Source: Spirochaetia bacterium
GTDB lineage: Bacteria; Spirochaetota; Spirochaetia; SZUA-6; Bin103
Assembly: GCA_965208065.1 (NCBI GenBank)
Contig: OZ242313.1
Coordinates: forward strand, 4,382,369-4,446,368
Length of the DNA: 64,000 bases
Reading direction: 5' to 3'
Within the stretch, counting starts at the first letter, position 1. Each line of letters opens with the position of its first letter. A program made the translations under genes and the position numbers. Below are positions 41,444 to 54,602 of this stretch, piece after piece. The notes under the pieces were generated by a model. That model searched no databases, was not told the DNA's origin, and saw only the letters and a program-made list of their open reading frames with translations.

Positions 41444-41515
41444 CTGCCCCTCCCCACGCTTATAACGTAGCGGTGATGCACCACCCGGGACAGCGAAAAC
41501 GGTGCAGGTGCAGTC

Positions 41516-42118
41516 TTACGGGTCCAGGTAGCCGCGCCGGATGGCGTCGTCGATCAGCTTCGATGCGTAGCGCCACAGCTCGGGGGAGCCGTCGTCGATG
41601 ATCCGGTTCAGGCCGCGCACCTGCTGTGCCCGGACGCCGTGGCGCTGCCAGCCGGAGCCTTCGTTCGCGTAGTTGAGCAGCAGCGGCTGCAGCCGGTCGA
41701 GCGCCCGCGCGAACTTCGCTTCCGCACTGTCGTGCGCCTCGAATTCGTCCCATACGGCGCGCAACGCGAACCCATCCTGCGCCGGCAGCAGCGCGAAGAT
41801 GCGCTCGGCAGCGCGCTCCTCACGCTCCTTCTGGCCCTTGCGCGCGGCCTCGTCGTACACGAACGTGTCGCCGGCATCGATCTCCACCAGGTCGTGCAGA
41901 ATCAGCATCTTGAGCACCTTGAGCAGATCCAGCCCGGGCGCGGCGGCATGCTCGGCCAGCACCAGCGCCATCAGCGATATGTGCCACGAGTGTTCGGCGG
42001 AGTTCTCGCGCCGCTGTTTGCCGGTGATGTGGCTTTGCCGCAACACCCGCTTCAGCTTGTCGGCCTCGACCAGAAACGCGATCTGCCGCGCCAGCCGGGA
42101 CTCACCCTGGTGCGGCAT
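41516..42118 (-). CDS. HD-domain hydrolase (YfbR-like 5'-deoxynucleotidase family)
   Basis: 'AEHSWHISLMALVLAEH' and 'LILHDLVEIDAGD' HD motifs. Confidence 0.8.
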   Translation of the reverse strand: MPHQGESRLARQIAFLVEADKLKRVLRQSHITGKQRRENSAEHSWHISLMALVLAEHAAAPGLDLLKVLKMLILHDLVEIDAGDTFVYDEAARKGQKEREERAAERIFALLPAQDGFALRAVWDEFEAHDSAEAKFARALDRLQPLLLNYANEGSGWQRHGVRAQQVRGLNRIIDDGSPELWRYASKLIDDAIRRGYLDP

Positions 42119-42603
42119 CACCGCCCGGCGCTGCCGGGATGGATCGGATCGATCCACTCCACCTGTTCCGGCTCCTCGGCGACCGGGATGTCGAGATTCA
42201 CCACCACCGGCTCCTGGTCGCTGCGCACCAGCACGCACGACAGCGGCTCCTCCCGGCTGACGTTGATCTCCTGGTGCGGGACGTAGGGCGGCACGTAGAT
42301 GAAGTCGCCCGGCCCGGCCTCCGCCACGTACTCCAGCCGCTCTCCCCAGCGCATGCGCGCGCGCCCGCTGACCACGTAGATCACGCTCTCCAGCGCGCCG
42401 TGGTGATGGGCGCCGGTCTTCGCGTTGGGGTGGATCTCGACGGTGCCGGCCCACAGCTTGTCGGCGCCGGCGGTGGCGCGGTTGATCGCCGACGCGCGCG
42501 TCATGCCGGGCGTCTGCGGAGTGTTGCCGTCGAGCCGGTCGCCCTTGACCACGCGCACCCCGTCCTCGCGCCAATCCCGTTTGTTCTGTTCCACGGCGTG
42601 CAC
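42118..42603 (-). CDS. cupin domain protein
   Basis: 'VRVVKGD...GTVEIHPNAKTGAHHHG...YVVSG' cupin_2 motifs; GTG start; stop overlaps the HD gene start. Confidence 0.65.
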   Translation of the reverse strand: MHAVEQNKRDWREDGVRVVKGDRLDGNTPQTPGMTRASAINRATAGADKLWAGTVEIHPNAKTGAHHHGALESVIYVVSGRARMRWGERLEYVAEAGPGDFIYVPPYVPHQEINVSREEPLSCVLVRSDQEPVVVNLDIPVAEEPEQVEWIDPIHPGSAGR

Positions 42604-42628
42604 CAGGCGGTACCTGCGGCAACCGGCG

Positions 42629-43243
42629 TCAGCCGCCGATCTGCGCCAGCGAGCCGGCGATCGACGGTAGCTGCTTCGGATCCAGCCACTCCCGCAGCAC
42701 GAAAGAGCCAGCCACCACCTGCGACTCGATCCGGTTGGCCAGTGCGGCATACTCCACCAGCAACTCGCCGTCGCGGCGGTAGAAGCGGTGCGCCAGAGTC
42801 TCCGGGTCCAGTATCCAGTATTCGGTCACGCCGTGCTGCTCGTATTCGGCGAACTTGGGGCCGACATCCCGGTAGCCGGTGCGCGGACTCAGCACCTCCA
42901 CCACCAGGTCGGGCGCTCCCTCGACGTGATTGTCGTGAATCTGTCCCTTGCGGTCGGCGCGGTAGAACGCCAGGTCGGGCAGGAAGACATTTCTGGAGCT
43001 CAGCCGCACGGCCACGACCTCTCGGAACAAAAACCCGAGCTGGCGGCGGTCGATATACGCGCCGAGCAGGCGATCAAGGAAGTTCAACAGTTCAGCGTGG
43101 CGAATGGAAACCGGTGAGTGCAAGAATATCTCTCCATCGAGCAGGTCGGCGCCGCGTCCGCCCGGCTCCAGCCACTCCAGGAAGTCCTCCGCGGTGAGCA
43201 ACTCGCGTTCCAGGTCGATCGCCTCGGACACCCGTGTCGGCAT
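42629..43243 (-). CDS. Uma2-family (DUF820) PD-(D/E)XK endonuclease
   Basis: 'PDLVVEVLSP...EYWILDP' Uma2 signature. Confidence 0.8.
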   Translation of the reverse strand: MPTRVSEAIDLERELLTAEDFLEWLEPGGRGADLLDGEIFLHSPVSIRHAELLNFLDRLLGAYIDRRQLGFLFREVVAVRLSSRNVFLPDLAFYRADRKGQIHDNHVEGAPDLVVEVLSPRTGYRDVGPKFAEYEQHGVTEYWILDPETLAHRFYRRDGELLVEYAALANRIESQVVAGSFVLREWLDPKQLPSIAGSLAQIGG

Positions 43244-43291
43244 GGCGCAAGTATAGCAGATTCACCGCCACGGCGTGTTATATTGGCCGTG

Positions 43292-44497
43292 ATGAGCGCA
43301 CCCGGCGGCCATGGCGCAGCGCAGTGGGACGACTGGCGCTGGCAGATGACCCATCGCATTGCCACGGTGGAGGAACTGGGCCGCTACCTGCGCCTGGGCG
43401 ATGCCGAACGGGAACAGATCCGTGCGGCCGGGCGCCACTACCGCTGGAGCATTACCCCCTACTACGCGAGCCTGATGGACCCGGACGACCCGGCCTGCCC
43501 GTTGCGCCGGCAGCAGGTACCCGCGGTGCAGGAACTGGACGACGAGATCGGCCTGCCCGACCCGCTGTACGAGCAGGACAACTCGCCAGTCGATGCGGTA
43601 GTGCACGTGTACCCCGACCGGGTGGCGTTCAAGGTAACCAACGTGTGCCCTACCTACTGCCGCTACTGCTTCCGCGAGTACTTCGTCGGCAACGAGGACG
43701 AGCACCATACGCGCCGCAAGATCGACGAGGGCCTGGCCTACATCGCCGCCCACGAGGCGATTCGCGACGTGCTGGTAACCGGCGGCGACCCGTTCCTGTT
43801 CTCGGACCGGCGCCTGGACGAACTGCTCGGCCGCCTGCGCGCCATCGGGCACGTGGAGATTATCCGCTTCGGCACGCGCACGCCGTGCACGCTGCCGCAG
43901 CGCATCACCCCGGAGCTGTGCCGGATTCTTGCCCGCCACCACCCGATCTGGCTCAACACGCACTTCAACCACCCGCGCGAGCTTACCGCCGAGGCGGCGC
44001 GCGCCTGCGGCCTGCTGTTGGCGGCCGGCGTGCCGCTCGGCAACCAGACCGTGCTGCTGAAGGGCGTGAACGACGACGCGCAGGTGATGCGCGCCCTAGT
44101 GCACGGCCTGCTGCGCATGCGGGTGCGGCCCTACTACATCTTCCATTGCCAGCTCCTGGCCGGTACCGCCCACCTGCGCACCAGCATCGAAAAGGGGCTG
44201 GAGGTGATGCAGGCGCTGCGCGGCCACACCACCGGCTTCGGCGTGCCCAACTACGTGCTGGACACGCCGTATGGAAAGGTGCCGCTGCTGCCGCAGTACC
44301 TGCTCGGGCGCGCCGGCGACGAGGTGCTGGTGCGCACCTGGAACGGCGCGGTGTGGCGCGAGCCCAACCCGCGCGGCAACGACCCGCCGGCCGTGCCGCT
44401 GCCGGAGTTGCCGGACCACGCGTATCCCGATGCCGCCACGCCGCGGCGGCCATTTCCCGCTGCCCGGCCGGCCGCCGCACCGGTGCCGGCCGGTTAG
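43292..44497 (+). CDS. kamA: KamA-family radical SAM enzyme (lysine 2,3-aminomutase-like)
   Basis: 'CPTYCRYCFRE' CxxxCxxC radical-SAM cluster in KamA context, 'GGDP' PLP region; Pro/Ala-rich C-terminal tail. Confidence 0.85.
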   Translation: MSAPGGHGAAQWDDWRWQMTHRIATVEELGRYLRLGDAEREQIRAAGRHYRWSITPYYASLMDPDDPACPLRRQQVPAVQELDDEIGLPDPLYEQDNSPVDAVVHVYPDRVAFKVTNVCPTYCRYCFREYFVGNEDEHHTRRKIDEGLAYIAAHEAIRDVLVTGGDPFLFSDRRLDELLGRLRAIGHVEIIRFGTRTPCTLPQRITPELCRILARHHPIWLNTHFNHPRELTAEAARACGLLLAAGVPLGNQTVLLKGVNDDAQVMRALVHGLLRMRVRPYYIFHCQLLAGTAHLRTSIEKGLEVMQALRGHTTGFGVPNYVLDTPYGKVPLLPQYLLGRAGDEVLVRTWNGAVWREPNPRGNDPPAVPLPELPDHAYPDAATPRRPFPAARPAAAPVPAG

Positions 44498-44518
44498 CAC
44501 GGGGAGGAGAGGAGAGCC

Positions 44519-45622
44519 ATGGCCAGTACGTTCGGTCACCTGTTTCGCATTACCACCTGGGGCGAGTCGCACGGCCCCGCAGTCGGCGTCGTCATTGACG
44601 GCTGCCCGCCGGGCATCGCCCTCGCCGAGGCAGACGTGCAGGCGGAATTGGACCGCCGCCGCCCCGGCCAGAGCCGCATCACCACCCAACGCGCAGAAAG
44701 CGACCGCGCCGAGATCCTGTCCGGGATCTTCGAAGGCGCCACCACCGGCACCGCCATCCACATCCTGGTGCGCAACAAGGATGCCCGCTCGCGCGACTAC
44801 GGCGAGATGCGCACCATGTACCGGCCGTCGCACGCGGACTACACCTACGACGCCAAGTTTGGCCGGCGCGACTGGCGCGGCGGCGGGCGGGCGAGCGCGC
44901 GCGAGACCATCGGTCGGGTGGCCGCCGGCGCCATCGCGGCCAAGGTGCTGCGCGAACGCTGCGGCGCCGAAGTGGTGTCCTACGTCAAGCGGGTGCAGGA
45001 TATCGAGGCCGCCGTCGCGCCCGGCGAGGTGACCCGCGCCGCCGTCGAGGCACATATCACCCGCTGCCCCGACCCGGAGGCAGCGGCGGCAATGGAGCAA
45101 TGCATCGACGCCGCGCGCAAGGCCGGCGACTCGCTCGGCGGCGTGGTGGAGGCGGCGGCACACGGCGTGCCGCCCGGCCTCGGCGAGCCGGTATTCGACA
45201 AGCTCGACGCCGACCTCGCCAAGGCGATGCTGTCGCTGCCCGCCTGCCGCGGCTTCGAGATCGGCTCCGGCTTTGCCGGCACGCGGATGACCGGCAGCAC
45301 GCACAACGACCCGTTCTACATGGCCGAAGTGGAACCCGGCGCGCGCCGCGTACGCACACGCAGCAACCGCTCCGGCGGCGTGCAGGGCGGCATCTCCAAC
45401 GGCGAGCAGATCGTGATTCGCGCCGCCTTCAAGCCGACGGCCACCATCCTGCGCCCGCAGCAGACCGTGGACGCGGCGGGCAACGAAGTCACCCTCAAGC
45501 CGCGCGGGCGCCACGACCCGTGCGTGCTGCCGCGCGCCGTGCCGCTGGTGGACGCCATGTTCAACTTGGTCCTCGCCGACCACCTGCTGCGCCACGAGGC
45601 ACAGACCGGCGGCAACCGGTAA
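44519..45622 (+). CDS. aroC: chorismate synthase
   Basis: '[15 protein letters not shown]' N-terminus and full-length AroC pattern. Confidence 0.95.
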   Translation: MASTFGHLFRITTWGESHGPAVGVVIDGCPPGIALAEADVQAELDRRRPGQSRITTQRAESDRAEILSGIFEGATTGTAIHILVRNKDARSRDYGEMRTMYRPSHADYTYDAKFGRRDWRGGGRASARETIGRVAAGAIAAKVLRERCGAEVVSYVKRVQDIEAAVAPGEVTRAAVEAHITRCPDPEAAAAMEQCIDAARKAGDSLGGVVEAAAHGVPPGLGEPVFDKLDADLAKAMLSLPACRGFEIGSGFAGTRMTGSTHNDPFYMAEVEPGARRVRTRSNRSGGVQGGISNGEQIVIRAAFKPTATILRPQQTVDAAGNEVTLKPRGRHDPCVLPRAVPLVDAMFNLVLADHLLRHEAQTGGNR

Positions 45623-45658
45623 CCCCCGCGCGCCGTGCCGCCCGGTAGGCGGCCGCGG

Positions 45659-48436
45659 TCAGTGCGCTTCCAGCCAGTCGCCGCCGGTGCCGACCTCAAC
45701 CACCACCGGCACGCGCCCGAGGGGCAGTGCGTCGCGCATGCCGCGCACCACGATCTCCCGCACCTGCTCCAGCTCCCCCACCGGCACCTCGAACACCAGT
45801 TCGTCGTGCACCTGCAGGATCATCCGCGCCGCCAGCCGCGCGCCGCGCAGCTCGCGGTCGATGTCGAGCATGGCGATCTTGATCATGTCGGCGGCGCTGC
45901 CCTGGATCGGCGCGTTGATGGCGATCCGTTCCGACGCCGCGCGTGCCGCGTGGTTGCGCGAGTTGATATCGCGCAGATAGCGGCGCCGGCCGCGCAGGGT
46001 CTCGACGTAGCCGTGCTCGCGGGCGCCGTCCACGGTATCGCCCATGTACTGCTGGATATTCGGGAACTGGGCGAAGTAACGCTCGATGATCTCGCGCGCC
46101 TCGGCGCGGGCGATGTTCAGGCGCTGCGCGAGGCCGAACGCGGACATGCCGTACATCAGCCCGAAGTTGATCATCTTGGCACGGCGGCGCATGTCGGCGG
46201 TGACTTCGTCCAGCGGCACCCCGAACACGCGCGCGGAGGTGGCGGCGTGGATGTCCACGTCGTCGGCGAATGCCTCCACCAGGCCAGGATCGCCGGTGAT
46301 CGCCGCCATGATGCGCAGTTCGATCTGCGAGTAGTCGGCGGCCAGCAGCACCTGCCCCGCGGGGGCCACGAAGGCGCGCCGGATTTCCCGTCCGCGGTCG
46401 CTGCGGATGGGAATGTTCTGCAGGTTGGGGCCTTCCGAGTTGAGCCGCCCGGTGGCCGCAACGAGTTGGTTGAAGGTGGTGTGGATGCGCCCGGTCTGCG
46501 GCATCACGGCGCCGGGCAGGGAGTCCACGTAGGTGGACTTGAGCTTCTGAATCGCGCGGTACTCCAGGATCTCCGGAATGACGGCGTGGCGATCGGCGAG
46601 CCGGGTCAGCTCCTGCTCGGTGGTCATGTACTGGCCGGTGCGGGTGCGCTTCGGCTTGTCGCTGATCTTCAGCCGCTCGAACAGCAGCTCGCCAAGCTGC
46701 TTGGGCGAATTGAGGTTGAACGGACCGCCGGCGAGCCGGTACAGCTCGATTTCGTGCACGGCGATCTCCTTCTCCAGTTCCAGGGAGTACTCGCGCAGCG
46801 CATCCACGCGCACGCCAACGCCGACGTGCTCCATCTCCACCAGCAGCGGCATCAGCGGCACCTCGATCCGGTCCCACAGGTCGCGCTCCTCGAAGCGGTC
46901 GATCTCGCCGTGCAGGGCATCCAGCAACGCGGCGGTCAGATCGGCGCGCTCGCCGGCCCAGGTAGCCAGCTTGGCCGGCGGCAGGCCGCCCTCCGACAGC
47001 ACAGCGGCGCTGAAGTCGCCCTGCTTGAGCAGGTCTTCCGCCACCTCGTCGAGGCTCAGCAACTGGTATCCCAGGTAGTGCTCGCACAGCAGATCCAGGC
47101 CGTGCGCGCCGTCCGACTCCACCAACTGGTGCGCCAGCCGGGTGTCGAGCAGCCGGCCCGCCACGGTCACGCCGTGCCAGCGCAGCGCGGTTACCCAGCG
47201 CTTCAGGTCGTGCCCGACCTTGCTGATGCCGGCGTGCTCCCAGAACGGCGCCAACTCCGCCAGCACCGCCGCCGCCGCCGCGCGCTCCTCCGGCAGCGGC
47301 AGGTAGGCGGCGGCGCCCTCCCGCGCGGAGAATGCCACGCCCGCCAGCGGACAGGTCTTGGCATCGCCGGGCCCGGCAACCACGAACACGCCCACCGACT
47401 CCCGGTTCAGCAGTTCGGCGCACAGCCCGGCGCGCGCGGCCTCGCCTTCCACCAGGGAGTAGTCGTGGTCGCGGTCGGCCAGCGAACGCAACTCGCCCGC
47501 GCCCGCGGAACCCGCCCCCGGCGTCGCCGCCGCGGCGGCCGCGGCATCCCCGAAGATGCGCTTGATCAGGGCGTTGAACTCGAACTCCTGGAACACCGGG
47601 ATTACCCGCTCCGGATCCAGCTTCGCGGTAGCAAAGTGGTCGAGGTCGACGGCCACCTCCACCTCGCGGTCGATGGTGGCCAAGCGCTTGGACAGCAGCG
47701 CCTGCTCCGCGAACGTCTCCACCTTCTCCCGCTGCTTGCCCTTGAGCTGATCGGTAGCGGCCACCAGCTCCTCCACCGACCCGAAGCGGTCGATCAGCTT
47801 CAGCGCCGTCTTCTCGCCCACCCCCGGGATGCCGGGGATGTTGTCCACGCTGTCGCCGGCCAGCCCGATCAGGTCGATCACCTGCTCCGGGCGCGCCACG
47901 CCGAACCGCTCGCGCACGCCGGCCACGTCGTAGACCAGCGGCGGGTCGCCGCCCATGCGCGGCAGCCGGTACAGGAAGGTGTGGTCGCTGACCAGCTGCG
48001 CGAAGTCCTTGTCGAGCGTGACCATGTAGGTGTCGAAGCCGGCCGCCTCGGCGCGGCGGGCGATGGTGCCAATCACGTCGTCCGCCTCCACGCCGGGGTG
48101 GCTGATGATCGGGATGCCCATCGCCTCGGTCATGCGGTGCACGTGCGGCAGCGAGTCGCGCACCCCCTCGGGGGCCTTGGCGCGCGTGCCCTTGTAGTCG
48201 GCGTACTCCTGCGACCGCCAGGTCGGCCCCGGCGCGTCGAACACCACTGCCACGTGGGTGGGTTCCTCGTCGGTAAGGATCTGCAGCAGCGAGGTGGTGT
48301 AGCCGAATACCGCCGACGAGTTGAAGCCATTGGCAGTGATCAGCGGATTGTTCAGGAACACGAAGTAGGCACGGTACACCAGCGGCATGCCGTCGATCAG
48401 GTAGAGCCGCTTGTCGCGCCCCGGTCGCGCCGCCAT
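45659..48436 (-). CDS. polA: DNA polymerase I
   Basis: 925 aa; 5'-3' exonuclease, 3'-5' exo-like and polymerase motifs A/B/C ('DYSQIELR', 'RRAAKMINFGLMYG', 'QVHDEL'). Confidence 0.95.
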   Translation of the reverse strand: MAARPGRDKRLYLIDGMPLVYRAYFVFLNNPLITANGFNSSAVFGYTTSLLQILTDEEPTHVAVVFDAPGPTWRSQEYADYKGTRAKAPEGVRDSLPHVHRMTEAMGIPIISHPGVEADDVIGTIARRAEAAGFDTYMVTLDKDFAQLVSDHTFLYRLPRMGGDPPLVYDVAGVRERFGVARPEQVIDLIGLAGDSVDNIPGIPGVGEKTALKLIDRFGSVEELVAATDQLKGKQREKVETFAEQALLSKRLATIDREVEVAVDLDHFATAKLDPERVIPVFQEFEFNALIKRIFGDAAAAAAATPGAGSAGAGELRSLADRDHDYSLVEGEAARAGLCAELLNRESVGVFVVAGPGDAKTCPLAGVAFSAREGAAAYLPLPEERAAAAAVLAELAPFWEHAGISKVGHDLKRWVTALRWHGVTVAGRLLDTRLAHQLVESDGAHGLDLLCEHYLGYQLLSLDEVAEDLLKQGDFSAAVLSEGGLPPAKLATWAGERADLTAALLDALHGEIDRFEERDLWDRIEVPLMPLLVEMEHVGVGVRVDALREYSLELEKEIAVHEIELYRLAGGPFNLNSPKQLGELLFERLKISDKPKRTRTGQYMTTEQELTRLADRHAVIPEILEYRAIQKLKSTYVDSLPGAVMPQTGRIHTTFNQLVAATGRLNSEGPNLQNIPIRSDRGREIRRAFVAPAGQVLLAADYSQIELRIMAAITGDPGLVEAFADDVDIHAATSARVFGVPLDEVTADMRRRAKMINFGLMYGMSAFGLAQRLNIARAEAREIIERYFAQFPNIQQYMGDTVDGAREHGYVETLRGRRRYLRDINSRNHAARAASERIAINAPIQGSAADMIKIAMLDIDRELRGARLAARMILQVHDELVFEVPVGELEQVREIVVRGMRDALPLGRVPVVVEVGTGGDWLEAH

Positions 48437-48444
48437 CCGCGAAC

Positions 48445-48915
48445 CTACTCCTGCCGCGCCTGTTGGGCCGCGATCAGGTTGCGAAGCTGGAAGCTGTGCC
48501 GGATCGGGTGCATCACGGCGTGCTCGAGCATCGCCTCGACGTTGGTGGCGGTGAGCGCCTGCGTTACCGGCTTGCGGTACGCCTCCCGCGGCACGTCGCG
48601 CAACGGGTCGCGCCAGCGCTCCAGCAGGTGGCTCAGATAGCCGGCGGCCTCATCCGGCGCCCGCTCCGGCGGCGGCGGGCGGTCGATGCCGGGATCGGGC
48701 AGTTCCAGTTGCGTGCACACCCACTGCAAGTAGCCGCGCGCACACTGCAGCACGTGGTGCAGCAGCACCTCCAGCGAGGCGTAGTTGGGATCCTCGGTCT
48801 CGGGCAGCCGCACCCCCGCGCTGCGCGCCTCGCACCAGGTGGCCCAGAACTCCCACAGGTGCCGCTCGTGCAGCCGCACCAATGCCCGCGCGCCCCCGTA
48901 TCGGTAGGCCTGCAC
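48445..48915 (-). CDS. DinB_2/YfiT-like metal-dependent family protein (start uncertain)
   Basis: C-terminal ~150 aa of the minus ORF shows the DinB_2 helical-bundle pattern with conserved His residues. The upstream part of that ORF overlaps the leuS 3' end in another frame, so the GTG at 48915 was chosen. Confidence 0.5.
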   Translation of the reverse strand: MQAYRYGGARALVRLHERHLWEFWATWCEARSAGVRLPETEDPNYASLEVLLHHVLQCARGYLQWVCTQLELPDPGIDRPPPPERAPDEAAGYLSHLLERWRDPLRDVPREAYRKPVTQALTATNVEAMLEHAVMHPIRHSFQLRNLIAAQQARQE

Positions 48916-48929
48916 CAACGCTCGCCCCG

Positions 48930-51449
<2,520 letters not shown>

Positions 51450-51512
51450 GGGTGCCCCCTATTATAAGCGTCCGTAGTCGCGGAGGACTATGGCACGCGG
51501 ATCAGGTGGTGA

Positions 51513-52061
51513 TCAGGTGGAGCCTTGGCCGCGGATCATTACTACCTTGCCGGTGCGCACCATCTCGATGACCGCGAACTTGCGCAGCATGCTGATCAGG
51601 GCGTCGATCTTCTCGGTGGCGCCGGTGGCCATCACGATCATCGACTCCTCGGTCAGGTCCTCGGTCTTGCAGCCGAAGTGCTGGGCGATCTGCAGCGCCT
51701 CGGTGCGCTCCCCGGCGCCGACCGCCACCTTGACCAGCGCCAGCTCGCGCACCACCGCGTTGTCGAACGTGTGGTCGTAGCAGTGCAGCACGTCCACCAG
51801 CTTGTTGACCTGGGCCAGGATCTGGACCAGGCCGCCGTGCGCGCCGGTGGTGCCGATGGTCATGCGCGAGTAGTCGCCATCCTTGGACGGCGACACCACC
51901 AGCGATTCGATGTTGAAGCCGCGCCGCGCGAATACCTGCGCGATGCGCGCGAGCACGCCCGGCTTGTTGGCCACCAGGGCGCTCAAGGTGTGGATCGCTC
52001 CGTTCTCCATGTTCATTCCGTTGTTCGTGGTGCTCGCTGCTTTGGTCGCCTTGGTTGCCAT
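51513..52061 (-). CDS. ilvN: acetolactate synthase small (regulatory) subunit
   Basis: ACT domain 'HTLSALVANKPGVLARIAQVFARRGFNIESL'; ATGA overlap with the ilvB stop. Confidence 0.85.
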   Translation of the reverse strand: MATKATKAASTTNNGMNMENGAIHTLSALVANKPGVLARIAQVFARRGFNIESLVVSPSKDGDYSRMTIGTTGAHGGLVQILAQVNKLVDVLHCYDHTFDNAVVRELALVKVAVGAGERTEALQIAQHFGCKTEDLTEESMIVMATGATEKIDALISMLRKFAVIEMVRTGKVVMIRGQGST

Positions 52062-53791
52062 CAGGTCGATCCTGTCGGCTTGGCGAGCTTCACCGTCGGC
52101 GGCTCCACGATCATGTCCTCCAGCGCGCTGCCGGCGGGGATCATCGGGAACACGTTGTCGGTCTTCTCCACCTCGGCGTTGATCACGCACGGGCCGTCGT
52201 TGTATTCCAGCGCGGCGGTGAGGACGCGGCGCACGTCGCCGGGCCGGCGCAGGTTGAACCCCTTGGCCCCGAACGACTCGGCCAGCTTGGCGAAGTCGGG
52301 GTTGCCCTCCAGGTCGACGCCGCTCTCGCGCTCGTCGTAGAACAGCTCCTGCCACTGGCGCACCATGCCGAGGTAGTGGTTGTTGAGCACGATCACCTTG
52401 ACCGGCAGCTTGTGGATGCAGGCGGTGGCCAGCTCGCACATGGTCATCTGGAAACCGCCGTCGCCGACGATGGCCAGCACCGGGTCGTCCGGCCGTCCGA
52501 ACTGGGCGCCGATGGCGGCCGGGAAGCCGTAGCCCATGGTCCCCGCCCCGCCGGAGGTGAGCCAGTTCTCGGGGTAGTCGGTCTTGTAGAACTGCGCCGC
52601 CCACATCTGGTGCTGCCCGACGTCGGTGGACACGATCGCCCGCCCCTCGGTGAGCCGGTACAGTTCGTCGATGACGTGCTGCATCTTGAGGCCGCCCTGC
52701 TTCTTGTACTTCAGGGGATACTTGACCTTGTAGCGGTCCAGATTGCGCAGCCAGTCATCGGAATCCAGGCGGGTGACGTGCTTGATCAGCTCTTCCACCA
52801 CCAGGCGGGCGTCGCCCTGGATGAAGAAGTCGGGCTTGATCATCTTGCCGTTCTCGCCGGGGTCGATGTCGATGTGGATAACTGTCGCGTTGCGGCAAAA
52901 GCGGTGCGGCTGACCGACAATGCGGTCGTCGAACCGGGAGCCGATGGACATCACCAGGTCGCATTCCACTATCGCCTTGTTGGCGTAGGCGGTGCCGTGC
53001 ATGCCGAGCATGCCCAGCGACAGCGGGTGGCTCTCCGGGAACGCGCCCTTGCCGAGCAGCGTGGTGGTGACCGGCGCCTGCAGGCGCTCCGCCAGGCGGC
53101 GCACCGAGTCGGATGCCTTGGCGATAAGCGCGCCGTGGCCGGCCAGCATGACCGGGCGCTTGGCCCCGTTGAGGGCCGCGGCCACCTGTACGATCACGTC
53201 GCGGTCGCCCTCCTCGGGCACCTCGTAGCCGGGAATGTCCATCGCCTCGTAGGAGCCGTTGCCCATTATCGCCTGGCTTACGTCCTTGGGCACGTCGATC
53301 AGCACCGGGCCGGGCCGGCCGGTGGTGGCAATGTGGTACGCCTCGCGCACGATGCGCGGGATGGAGTCGGTCTCCTTGACCAGGTAGCTGTGCTTCACGA
53401 TCGGCATGGTGATGCCGAAGATGTCCGCCTCCTGGAAGGCGTCCTTGCCGAGCATGCCGGTAACCTGCTGGCCGGTGACCACCAGCATCGGCACCGAATC
53501 CATGTGCGCGGTCATGATGCCGGTCAGCGTGTTGGTGGCGCCGGGGCCGCTGGTGACCAGCACCACGGCCGGCTTGCCGGTGGCGCGGGCGTAGCCGTCG
53601 GCCATGTGGCTGGCGCCCTGCTCGTGCCGCACCAGGACGAACTTCATCTTGTTGTCGGTGGATACCAGCGCATCGAAGATCGGCAGGGCTGCTCCGCCGG
53701 AGAGCCCGAACAGGTACTCGATACCTTCGTTTTCCAGCGCCTTGACCAATGCCTGGCCGCCATCGAAGCCATTCTGATCCGGTGATGCCAT
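52061..53791 (-). CDS. ilvB: acetolactate synthase large subunit
   Basis: 576 aa; three TPP-enzyme domains, 'GDGGFQM' TPP-binding motif; [11 protein letters not shown]. Confidence 0.95.
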   Translation of the reverse strand: MASPDQNGFDGGQALVKALENEGIEYLFGLSGGAALPIFDALVSTDNKMKFVLVRHEQGASHMADGYARATGKPAVVLVTSGPGATNTLTGIMTAHMDSVPMLVVTGQQVTGMLGKDAFQEADIFGITMPIVKHSYLVKETDSIPRIVREAYHIATTGRPGPVLIDVPKDVSQAIMGNGSYEAMDIPGYEVPEEGDRDVIVQVAAALNGAKRPVMLAGHGALIAKASDSVRRLAERLQAPVTTTLLGKGAFPESHPLSLGMLGMHGTAYANKAIVECDLVMSIGSRFDDRIVGQPHRFCRNATVIHIDIDPGENGKMIKPDFFIQGDARLVVEELIKHVTRLDSDDWLRNLDRYKVKYPLKYKKQGGLKMQHVIDELYRLTEGRAIVSTDVGQHQMWAAQFYKTDYPENWLTSGGAGTMGYGFPAAIGAQFGRPDDPVLAIVGDGGFQMTMCELATACIHKLPVKVIVLNNHYLGMVRQWQELFYDERESGVDLEGNPDFAKLAESFGAKGFNLRRPGDVRRVLTAALEYNDGPCVINAEVEKTDNVFPMIPAGSALEDMIVEPPTVKLAKPTGST

Positions 53792-53948
53792 GGTTCTCCC
53801 TCCTCGGATCGATTAGAGAGGGAAATATGATGGATATCGTACACAGATGCAAGAGACAAACGAAGAAAAGGCGCCTGACCCCTCGATCTTTCGAGAAAAG
53901 ACCCCTGAATTGTCTATTTTGTTGAGTGTTACTGGATTCTTGCGCTAT

Positions 53949-54602
53949 TCAGATATGTGTTTCGACTGCTTGAACGACAGCGTCGGCTGTTTCTGCTGTC
54001 ACCATGCGCAATTTCGCAGCTATGCCGCGCGCCTGCTCGAAAAACTCACCGTCCGGTGCAGAACTCAGGTTGATCTCCGCGGTCAGCAGGGCGGCACTCG
54101 CGGCCGCGGCAGCCAGGTGGGCGGCCGCGCCGATGTCCGACACGGCATGCCGGTTGGCCACCGGCGCCAGCCGCTCGGCCAGGGTGAGGATCGCGGCGCA
54201 CGCCTCCGCGATCGCCAGCGGCGCTGCGGTGGCGCGGCGGGTGGCGGCGGCCAGCGCGTCACGGCGCGCCCGGCGCTCATCCGGCGACCCCTTCGGCAGG
54301 CGCAGCGCGGCCATGTATGCCGCGAAGCTGCGCACGTCCTCCAGGGCGGCGGCCTGCAGTTCCGCGGTGAGCCGGTCGGCGCGTGCAACCGCCTCGCCGG
54401 CCAGCTCCCACGCCTGCTCGTAGCCTTTCTTGCCGTCGGTGAGCCGCGCCACCATCGCCACCAGCGCGCTCGCCAGCGCTCCGGTGACCGCCGCCACCGA
54501 GCCGCCGCCCGGCGTCGGCGAAGCCGATCCGGTCCGCTCCAGGAACTCGCGCACCGGCAGATCGAAGAGCGGCCCGCCGGGGCCGCCGGTCACGTTATTC
54601 AT
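53949..54602 (-). CDS. fchA: methenyltetrahydrofolate cyclohydrolase / formiminotransferase-cyclodeaminase-domain protein (FchA-like)
   Basis: FTCD_C-type helical domain; 4-nt overlap with the folD stop. Confidence 0.75.
   Translation of the reverse strand: MNNVTGGPGGPLFDLPVREFLERTGSASPTPGGGSVAAVTGALASALVAMVARLTDGKKGYEQAWELAGEAVARADRLTAELQAAALEDVRSFAAYMAALRLPKGSPDERRARRDALAAATRRATAAPLAIAEACAAILTLAERLAPVANRHAVSDIGAAAHLAAAAASAALLTAEINLSSAPDGEFFEQARGIAAKLRMVTAETADAVVQAVETHI

Noticed and set aside
53792-53860. Possible Ile-rich leader peptide (HLCTISIIFPSL, TTG start) upstream of ilvB
   Set aside because: It has a non-ATG start and no in-frame stop before ilvB (it runs on as a 365-aa alternate-frame ORF), and no terminator/antiterminator pair could be found by eye
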